Source of the DNA: Bigelowiella natans CCMP2755
Lineage: Eukaryota > Protista > Cercozoa
Direction of reading: 5' to 3'
NCBI GenBank assembly: GCA_000320545.1
Contig: ADNK01001199.1
Location: 1 to 64,000, forward strand
DNA length: 64,000 nt
Positions 53,716 through 64,000 of the stretch are shown here, piece by piece. The notes beneath the pieces are model-generated. The model had not been told where the DNA came from and made no database searches. It saw only the letters and a list, made by a program, of their open reading frames with translations. The position numbers were made by a program, and so were the translations under genes. How positions within the stretch are numbered: position 1 is the first letter of the stretch; every line of letters begins with the position of its first letter.

Positions 53716-56700
53716 CCCCCCCCCCTCCCCCCTTCTCTTTCAATGATCGCAAATCCATCGAGAGCAACGATGTTTTTGGCATGTAATCGAGCATTGGCAT
53801 CCATATTTCATTATATTTAACATTCAAATGAACAAATATGTGGTCATCATCCTTTTTCCTCCTCCTCCTCGCTAATATATTGTATCTCTGATGGCAGCGC
53901 CTGCGTACACTGCTGTGTGGGAGTGAAAGCAAGACTTCCCAGCTTTGTTACGTCTGGAGGAGCTAGCCCCATGTCAAAGAGACTTACAGCTATATTCCAA
54001 GCTGGTCCCACGACTGCTGCTGCTGCTGCTGCTGCTGCTGAGAAAAAGAAGAAGAGCTTCCATGACTCCGAAGGTGAGCAGGAAAAAGAAGAGAATAAAT
54101 CTGAAGAGTCAAAGGCAGACACCAAGCACGGTGACAGTGATGGCGATGATCCTGCTGCTGCTGCAGCAACAACTGCCGATTCTAAGAACGGTAACAATAG
54201 TGTAAAACTACTGCATATGGCCAAGCGCCTGGAGAAGCTTGACATGGCACAAGGGCTCGTGAAGCTGTATTTGATAAGGGCATGTGGACTTGGTGGACAG
54301 CCATCCGACATGCCAAACATCGTCAACACAAGGATGCTCACATGCATTATACCCCTTATCTCTCTCCCTAGTTCAATGGAGACGACTGATTCTGAGGCAG
54401 CAGTATTGTTAAGAGACGCGGGGACCGCACCGTGGGTTCTGAGGTGTAGCGCTTGGGCACTGGTACGATGCCTGATGAGTTCAACAGTGCTCCATGCACA
54501 TCTAGCGCATCAAATACGGACAAGCAAGCCTCTTCCGCTTCAATCGCCGCGTGCATTGTTCCCGACCGCACCGACGAGAACCCCTTCGGAGGAGGAGGTC
54601 CACGAGCTAGGACAGTGCATGTCGATCTTGGTGGACATGTGCTCGCTCAAGCTCACCCTTCTCCTCAAGTCTAGAAAGTCGGCCTCCAAAGCTCCAGATC
54701 CAACCGCGAAGTGCACTGACCAGATGGCCAAATATCAGAAGAAGTGGGGGGAGATTGAGACCAAGCTGACCGACAAGGAGCTCCTTTACTGCCATGACAA
54801 TTCATGGTTACGATACACACTCAAGCTCTCCCGGGGACTGTATCAAACGCTCCCCATATGGTCCCTACAGGATCTAACTCAGCAGGAGATCGACGTTAAC
54901 ATTTTGCAGTTTCTCTCGATGCTTCGACGGGTAGCGCATCTTCCGGTCCTAGCCAAGAAGTTAGGCACACAGCACTGGCTGAAGATCCTCACACGTTTGC
55001 TCTGCACGTCCTCAACATGTGTAATCAGATCTACGCTCATTCTACTAAGACACGTGCTACCACGCTTGAGCCCCGACAACAGGCACCTCGTCAGCCTAAT
55101 CGAAGGAGGGGTGGAGAAGGAGGAGAAGGACTCCAAAAAGGAGGATAACGACAGTAAGCTTACCGTCACTCCAGGCCGCCGCCTGGTCCGCCTCTTCCTC
55201 ACTCGCATCAAAGATTCGAGGTGTGAAAGCTTCAAGGAACTTTACACAGGCATATGCTCCGATCTATTTTGCGCAATAGAATGGCGAAGGACCATGGCCA
55301 ACGAGCTGTTGGATGTTTTGGGAGCCCTGAAGACAGCCCACGAAAGAGGCAACATGCCAATGTATCAGTATAGAGACTATGCACAAAGATCCATGCCAGC
55401 CCTCTCCGTGCTCCGCGGCACCATAAAGCCAAGAGCGTCCGCGAAGTCGGCCACTGATGCTGCAAGGAAAAACGGAAGTAAAGGCAATATGGCTGAGGAA
55501 GAGAGTATTGAGGCACCACCAATTGTAGATGATTGGTCTTTGGAACTTGGATTGATCATGGATAAGATTGTCGAGATTCTCAACGCTCGCGTCCCCACGC
55601 CACCGTCCAAAGCCACGGCAGTGACAACCACCGACTCTGGAGGAAGAAGACTAATCTTTCTACAGCTTCGCCGCCGTTGTGTAGCAGTGCTTTCCGAGCT
55701 ATTGCGAAACCCGCTCGCCGCAGAGGCCTTTGTGAAGAAGAATTATATGGGCACAATCAAGGAGCTAATTTTCCCAGCGATGTCGAGTATCACTGGTAAA
55801 CTTGGCAAGGAAGCATCTATTTTTCCCTCCGCTGGAGCAACGAAGGAAATTCTCAGCGTGCGTGTCCTCAAGCTGGAGGATAGACTGAAGACTCTAACAA
55901 ATACAGAGGAGTCGTGGGTCACCAAGCTCTCATCATCTTCAAAAAAGAAGAAGAAGAAGAAGTCTCCAGCCCACTCCTCTGCAATTACAACCCTTCTGCC
56001 CCTCCCGGATGGAAGCTTCCTTCTCAACCCGAAATCGGCACATTTTAGCCGTGTATCTTCGAGCAGTGAGAGTTTTGGTGGATTTAAAAAAGAAGCATCG
56101 AGTACCAACCCTTTTGGGGGGACTACTACTATTACTACTACTCTGGACTCCAAAAGCAATAATAACTCTGGTTCTGATGACCCTGTGACAACAACAACAA
56201 CAACAAGCTCCACAGGTCAAGGTGACACTGTTAGTAGTAGTGCTGGATTTGGTTCTTCAGGTGGATTCGGCGGGTTTGGCAGTTTCGGAGGTGGTGGTGG
56301 ATCTAGTGAAGGGTTTAGTGATTTTGGTGACGGCGACGGATTTGGAGGAGGATTTGGAGATACCAGTGAAGGAGGAGCTGGTTTTGGGAGTATTGGTAGC
56401 GAGGACGGAAAAGGGAACGGAGATGAAGCATCAGATGGATTTGGAAGCTTTGGTGGTGGATTTGGGGGTTCTGCTAGCGCCGGAGGAAGCAATGGAGGAA
56501 GCACTGGTGGTGGTAATGGAGGCAGCGGAGAATCAGGATTCCAAGGGTTAGGAGGATTCGGAACATCCTTTGGCAACAAATCCTCTTCAGCCTCTTCAGC
56601 CAACACCCGTAACAGCGATAGCGGTTCTGAAAATTGGAGTCTGTCGATGTCGGTGCGGAATCAAAAGTTTGGTAACTTCATTTGCGGGAAGCAGATGGGG

Positions 56701-59700
56701 ATGAAAAACACGAGAACGGGTGATGATGACGATTATAATGATGATGATGATAGTCTGCAACTCCAGCTGTTGCTACACAGTAATACAGAGAACGGCTTAG
56801 ACTCTCTTCTCCCTTTTATACGGAATTGTGCGATTGACTTGTCTACCGAGCCCGATGGCAGTAAGAAAGAAGGCGCAGGAGGTCAACAATCCGACAAGAA
56901 GGAGGGGGAGGAAACCGTACAGAAAACATGCAAAGAACTCGAGTTATTAGTTCCGATGTTTAATGCGGAAAGTGGCGCGACATGGGCGTTTGAAATAAGG
57001 GTGAAACAAAGTCCAGAAAAGCCTACAAAATCGAGCGAGGCGGCAAAAAAAGAGACATCCCAGTTGCCAGGTGCGTTCTTCTCATTGAGTGAGAAAGTTG
57101 AAGGGCATGATCACGTAATCATCAAGGGAGAGCTCAGCAAGAAGAAAAGAGATAAGGGCAAGATGGCATTGGTCATAAAACCAGGTAAGTCTGAGCACGG
57201 GTTACCTGACGACGGTGATAAATGGTGTAGCGTTGTCATTTCAACCAAATCAGGGATGACTCGCTGCTTCGTAAATGGTGAGCTTCTTATGACAGCCACC
57301 GACATCGAAACAAAACTGTCCAATCCCCGCCTTCGTATAGGCCCTGGAAATTTATTGGTGAAGAATATCCACGTCTGGCGACACGCACTAAACGAGACGC
57401 AGTGCTGCAGCGTACATAATTCTTCATTATTACGGTACCTAGCAGCTCAATCGAATGTGCCTGATGAGCTTATCGAGCGCGGGGAGACAGTCGCAACTTA
57501 TCCCTTTTTCGCATCGTATACCCCTGCTCCCGTCAAGCTAACAACTGAAGATGCCGAGAAAAAAATTACTAGCGGTGAAAGCTGCGATGATGACGATAGC
57601 AAGAACACGAAAAACATGGACAATAATAATGCGTTCGTCGTTCCAAGCGGAACGTCGTTGGAGATTGTTAACCCGTACGGAATTGCAAAGATCGCTCCGC
57701 ATCTCGCCGGCGGCACAGAACTCAAGCTCAAAGCTGACAAATCATTCAGCATGAGGGCTCAGCCAAAGGTGTCGGGAATGGAAATGGGATCCGGACGATT
57801 TTTCTTTGAAGTCGATTTTCACTATAGTAAAGTCAAAGATATGGATGCTGATCCAAAGAAAGAAGAGAGATATGTTAGTTTGGTACAGTTCCTAGGCAAC
57901 AGCGTCGGGGGTCTCTCTAGCCAGCGATTGCTGCCGAATAGTTTCACGTCGTTTGAGTCAATGTTAGTCTCTCCCGCCATGCAATTCTCGCAAGTAGTAG
58001 AACAATGGACACCAGGCGCTGAGCTTCTTCTAGATACACACACAGATACATTGTGTATCAACCTCACCAGTGCCAAAGGCAGTATCCATGGAAAGCTTCC
58101 AAAAACTGCCTTCACGAAGGTGAAACTTGCAACCGATAACTGGAACCGGGTTCAAATCATGACTACCCCCCGCGAAGTGCATGCCTACATTAATAAAGAG
58201 CTGGCATTGAAGGTAGAGTGGCCTCTGGCACGAGGAATGGCCGTCTTCTCGGTCGAGGACGCAAAGAAAGGCGTATGGAGTCTCGGCTACCTGGAATCCT
58301 TCACTCCTCTTGCTTCGTCTGCTGCTGCTGCTGCTGCTACAAAAGGTGGTTCGGGCAACAAGCCGAATACTGAAGATGATAAGGTCAAGCAGGCTAAGAT
58401 GAAATATGTCAATTATAAAAATGAGCATGTGGAGACCGACTTTCCTTCAAACGGCATTATCGCCACGTTTGTGCGGCTGAACAAGAAGCCAAAGAAGGGC
58501 ATGTTCGTGATGATGCGCGAGAAGTCAGCAAGCCACAAGCAATGGAAACTTGGGCGCGTAATCAAGATCGAAGCCCGTCGTCCTGATGGCCCTTTCCTTC
58601 TCGACATCATGGAGCAGTCTCAGCAAGAGAAGCAGATCCTCAAGGAAGGCGATAGGGTTGAGGCACAGTTCAGAAGAGGCAGCTGGTATAAGGGCAAGGT
58701 CGTAAAGGTGAATCGTAATCCTTTGAGCTACGACATTCAATTTGATGACGGCGATCAGGGGCCTAAGACTCCTCCAGACCAAGTAAAGCTGTTGGACAGC
58801 TCTTCTGGTGACAGTCAAAAGCCCAAGATCCACACCAAGATGCCGTACAGCCTCGATACTTTTAGCGACATTATTCCTATAGAACGCCACGATTTACCCA
58901 CTGACGTGCGCAAGAAGGCGGAGAGGCAGCAAAAACACAAAATAAGAAGAGGTGGGGAGCGGGGCAGTGGGTTCGGGTTCTCCGGTAACAACCCTGTTGA
59001 CTTGTCTCGTGATCTTGACTGGGAGACCATGCTTTCGATCCAGGAAGCCTTCCCCAACGAGTTTAGACACCTACGAGAGATGGCCTTTAACTCGGGCCGG
59101 TGTGCGCGCGCTTTGCAAGTAGCACAAGGAAACCTGGAGCAAGCTGTCGAGTGGGCACTGCAGAATCCGAATGTTCCTGATGTCCAGTTCCCTTCCAGTT
59201 CTCCAACTACCACTTCCACTGATCAACCGCAAACGGGAGGAGGAGGAGGAGGAAGCAGTACCGGTAGCAGTACTGAAAGTAATGATAATAGGTCAGGAGG
59301 CAGCGGCAGTTCCAATAATGACACTGACGAGAAGACTTCAGGCAACGAAGATACGAAAAAGACACCACCACCCCAAAATCCCTTTGGTGATGGTGATAGA
59401 AAAACCAGACAGGACGGTGATCAAATTTGCCTAGGTTTCGAGTCATCACAACTGCCATTTGGAAGTGGAAGAAGGGACAACTTGCTGGCTGGCTATAACC
59501 ATGATTTCTATGGAGAGGGCTCTGTGAGGCTCTTTGGCCGAAAGGGTGCCCCTGCCCATGTTCGATTCCAGCTGAAGCAGGTCCGAATCCATAGGATGGA
59601 TGTTAGTTGTAAGAAGAAGAAAATAATGGCAAAGCTGGTGTGTAAATCCCCATTTGCGTCTGATGGGGGCCGAATGGATCACTGCCTCGCTCCGGAGACA

Positions 59701-62700
59701 AGAGCATTGGCTCGAGAGCTCATCCAAAAGCTTCATTTAAACCTTCCTGCACCAGCTGACAAGCTCAGTGACTCCGATAAAATAAAGATGATCAACGTTG
59801 TGTTGGAACACGCGGCCTATGACGTGTCTTATGTTGCCCGTCTTCTGACCAACGAAAAGTTTGTTCATGAGGCATTCCATAGCTTCAAGAATTTCCAAAG
59901 TGCTGAGAAGCTCCTTTTACTTCAAAGACTTGATCTCGACAATACACATGCCAAGCCCTTCCTCAATAATGGGGTAGGCCTCCAGGAGATGATTTATAGC
60001 CTCTCGCTGTCATCATCCTCTGGTGAAGCTTCCCGCTCCTCTCCCTCCTCATTTGTAGCAACTATGGATTCGAAGCTTTCGTCATCATCATCATCATCAT
60101 CTCCCCCCGTAAAGAAATGGAGGTCTCCGTACAGCTGCAAGTCGCGCGAGCAGTTCCATCCAATGGCCGATTTGATGTTGAGGTGGAAAGAGCTCACAGA
60201 GCTAGGGATCAGAGCAGGCGAGGCGGTGTCTATTGGACCTGTTGTTGGCAACCAAAGGATATCGGATAAGCATTGGCAAACTCTCGAGCAAGAGATGCTA
60301 CACATCCAAACCATCGCTAGAGATGGGGTAGGAAATGAAAAGGAGTTGACAATGAGGGCGCTAATTCACACTGAAACTATTCTTGCGTCGAAGCACGCGG
60401 TGCTTTGCTCTCTACGTCTGATGAGAGCCGCAGAGCGTCTCAAAGAAAGAGAAGGAAAACAAGCAAACGGCAGTGGACAGCAGAACTTCTGGTTGAAAAG
60501 GAGTCCCTTGCTGCTTTTCGAAGCCGAAGAGAAGAAAGAGAAGGAGGCAAAGCACTCCAGCGATGCGAAGGAAAACGGTACTACGCCGACGCAGGTGCAG
60601 CCGTTCTTTTTGAAGCTTTTGAGGTTGCTTCACATCTCCCAAGATGAGAAAAATCGCGACATGCTGGCGAAGGCCATTGCAGTGGAGACCTCACGTTTTG
60701 CTAAGAGTGTAGAGTCCGGTGGTCGCAGTGGTCGCTATACACAGCAAGAGGCCAAGATGAGATCGTTCTTCATGTCTGCCCTTACTGCTGAGTGCGTGCT
60801 GCATCTCGTAGGTTACGACATCAACCTCGGTAAGGGCGACGATGTGTCCTCCAGCCCTACTACGCAGAAGAAAAGCGAGAAACCACAGCCAGAAGTCACG
60901 CTCGACCCGAATGCGCCGCGAGTGTTAGCGAGCTTTCCAGTCGGAATGAGAGTCGATCTTATGGATTCAGGCACGTGGAGAACGGGTGTCGTTCGCCGGC
61001 ACCCAGGTGCTGGGGGTGGGCAACCTCATCAAGTGTACGTGCACTTCGAGGGGTGGGCTGATAGCTGGGATCAGTGGGTGGACTTTCGAGATCCAAATCA
61101 AATCGCCCCACTCTGGTCGCATGTGCCCAGGGGAACGTATACTGGAGACAGTCAGAGGAGACGACAACAGAATAATAACGGCAACAGCAACGATAACAAC
61201 GGCAACAACAATAACAATAACAATAACAGCAGCTTTTCTCCGAACTTTGAGGAAGACATTATGTTTGGTTCCGATTTCCACGTCGGTAGTAACAATAATC
61301 GCAGTAGTGCTGAGGGTGAGAACGGTAACAGCGGCGAATCGAGCTACTCAAACTCGCTCCAAGTGAAATTGTCGCACAGACAAGGTATCTTGAACCTAGC
61401 ATCTGATGCCATCCAAGCGCCTCAGCCAAATCTCGCACTCTTACTCCTCAATATCGTTACGCAAACGCTTCAATCAGATGAAAAAGTTCCGAAGGTGCTG
61501 ATCGCAACCTTGTTCAATATTGCACGCGGCTATTCGAAGGGTGAGAGAGTGGGAACCAGCCTCTACCATGACAGTCTCCGTGTTGCAGCAGTGCGCATGC
61601 TGTCGCAGCTTATCATTAAGTCTTGCAGCAGCAACTCACAATCCCCGTCGTCATCATTGCCTCGAAGAAATATTACATCCATCCTATCTTCCTCTCAAGT
61701 ACTTGAATCGTTCACGTACATGACTAAATACCACACGGGCGACAGGGACACAGACAAGGCGATAGCTTCTGTACGTGTCCAAGTCCAAAACGCAGCGACC
61801 TTCGGAGTCCAATTTGAGCCGCACGATACCATCGTGCAAAGCGTCAAACCAGGCTCTAAGGCGGCAAAAGAAAAGCTGGTGAAAGGCATGGAACTCGTAA
61901 ACATTAATGGCAAACCGGTATTTTCGAGCGTTGAGTTTAGCAAAACCTCGACGCCGCTAATAGCGATATTCGTCGACAATCCACTGAGCACCAGTGGGCA
62001 GTGTCCGTTGTTCATGGCCCTTCTCCAGCTCAACCTCCTTGTATGCGAATCCAAAGAATCAGCTCAACTCATAGCAAAGGAGAAACAGCCTCGGTGGTTC
62101 AAGAGGCTCGAGAAACTCAAACGCACTCTGGGTGCATTTGCACAGAAGTCCTCGATCCCACCGTCTGTTGGTGGAAATACTCTTGATCAGAAGATGCTTG
62201 ATTCCTCTTCCCAATCCGCATCTGCCTCTAGGGCGCTCAATGCCTTCCTCGAAGAGGGCACGCTCAGAAATTACATCGTCAAGGGCTGGCCAACCCTCCC
62301 CCTTGCCTTTAGCATAGCAAAGCTGCTAGCACGGAAGGAGGAGCTTGCTGAGAAGGAGAAGGATTCTAGAAATGGTGGTGACAACGACGAAAAGGTTGAT
62401 ACTCCAGACTCTGACGATGTTAAAGAGCTGCATCCACCCCCCCAAAAAGCCGACCCGGCGACCACCGCTCATCCACTGAAACTGCTTATCGAGATCTTCG
62501 GGAGTAAGAAGGCCAAGCAGAAGCAAAAGATGACAGCGATAGGAACTCTAATCTATGCCCTCCGAAGCTTACCGGATGCTGGGAAATGGGTGTCGAAGAA
62601 CTACTGGAGCCGCAAAGACCCTCCCACGAAACCCGAGAAGTACCCACTTAACTGGGCGGTGGACTTCTGTGTGAAAGGTATCCAAATGGTGGACGAAGAG

Positions 62701-64000
62701 AAACCAGCCCAACCCAAACTGCGCGTCAACGACCGCGTTAGGGCACGATATAGGAATCAGGGAGGCACCCTCTATCCCGGTCGGATTGAGAGAGTAAACG
62801 ACGATGGGACGTACTGCATTCACTACGACGATGGGGATATATGGCAGAACGCGCCTGAGAACTTCATCCAGGGCAGGGAAAATGTGAAAGACAAGAACAC
62901 CAAGAAGAGGGAAAACCGATTCGTGCGCATCTTGAATCGCCTCAACGAGACCATCAAGAGAGTGCTCAAGGCCTACCAGGAGGCCAAGGCCAAAGATAAG
63001 AAGTCGGACGGAAAATCCAAAGATAAGAGGTCTAGAGGGAAAGTCCCTCCTTCTGCTGTTTCGAAGAAGCAAGTTCTGGACAAAAACAACTACATGAATT
63101 TCTTGGAGACTATCGAAGAGAACTTCAGATTGATGCCTGGCGCGGATGAAGAGTTGGTGCGACTTGTCAACCAGCAATATCGTGATGATGAGCTCAATGA
63201 TATTGGGGATCTTGAGCCCCAAAACCTTGATCCTTCGGGCATGGCTCTCTCTGGATACCCGCGGCTCAACTCTGCATGTAGAGGCTTCATCGCCCTCGCT
63301 CAAGTCCGTTTCTTGATGCTGAGGATAATGAATAAACTTGTGTTCCGTAGCTTGACCTACATCGATTTTAACGACATGCTCATACCGAGGACCCTTGAAA
63401 ATTCCATACACGGAATAAGAGCCAAGCTCTTCTGGGCTCCCAAGTACAAATGGATGACCGACGTCATGAAGAACGGGAAGATTGGGCAGAAAGGTATCTT
63501 GAAACTGAGGGCGATGAAGGCACAGCTCGCAGAGGGCGATGTTGACAGGGACGGCACTCGAACCCTTTTCGGCCAAGCGTTCCAACAGATGTACGACAAG
63601 GACTGGTTCCTAGTAGATCCTGCCAGAGTCGGTGAGGGGGCGCGTGCTTTTAAGGTAAACTTTGAAGATCTCGCCGCGATTGATGCTGGAGGGCCATACA
63701 GACAGGCTATCACATCAATGTGCCGCGAGTTGCAATCCTCATACCTCTCGCTCATGGTCCTCACCCCCAACTGTAACGCCGAAGATCAGCAGAAGCAACG
63801 GCAGTTATGGCTACCGAATCCAGCTGCAACCTCAAGGAACGAAGCAAGGATGCTTCAGTTCATTGGCAAACTAATGGGCCTTGCCTTCCGCTCTGATCGC
63901 TTTCTGGAGCTCGATCTTGCTAGTTGCGTCTGGAAACACTTGCTGCACCTAGAGGTCGGCCTCGCAGACCTCAAGCAGATTGATGAGAATTGGTACATAA
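45128..64000 (+). CDS. Giant multidomain HECT-type E3 ubiquitin ligase (HERC/HECTD-like), 3' end beyond window
   Basis: Spliced. N-terminal ubiquitin-like domain, Tudor-like domains, two RanBP2-type zinc fingers, SAM-like and UBA domains. The HECT N-lobe starts near 63600 (FKVNFEDLAAIDAGGPYRQ, LMVLTPN, FIGKLMGLAFRS). Exon 53898-64000 reads in the same frame at both ends and is absent from the ORF track, presumably because no stop occurs before the window edge. Confidence 0.88.

Noticed and set aside
62569-63585. 338-aa minus-strand ORF, and other minus-strand ORFs at 53.8-63 kb
   Set aside because: Antisense to the long open HECT-ligase exon, with no recognisable motifs.

Overview
This is intron-rich eukaryotic nuclear DNA. 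Three proteins carry a signal or transmembrane segment followed by a transit-peptide-like leader (GlyRS, uL6, ClpX-like), which points to an alga with a complex plastid, most likely a chlorarachniophyte; this assignment is inference. I find 14 protein-coding genes: a USP deubiquitinase (partial), ETFA, an AT-hook orphan, an MMPL/RND transporter, a coiled-coil orphan, SYF1, RPS5, an organellar GlyRS, plastid uL6, a CH/IQ protein, CNOT11, a ClpX-like ATPase, a G-alpha, and a giant multidomain HECT E3 ligase (partial). Most genes sit in head-to-head pairs with short promoters rich in GAGAYY, separated by ~1 kb spacers downstream of their 3' ends. The strongest unexplained signal is in those spacers. 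TpA is depleted (almost erased in some) except inside CTAG, and (TA)n tracts look eroded to CA/TG/CG mosaics. Introns, one 3' UTR and an apparently young solo LTR inserted in a spacer keep their TpA. This suggests a locus-targeted TpA>TpG/CpA mutational or DNA-modification system. Exon boundaries and counts were read by eye.
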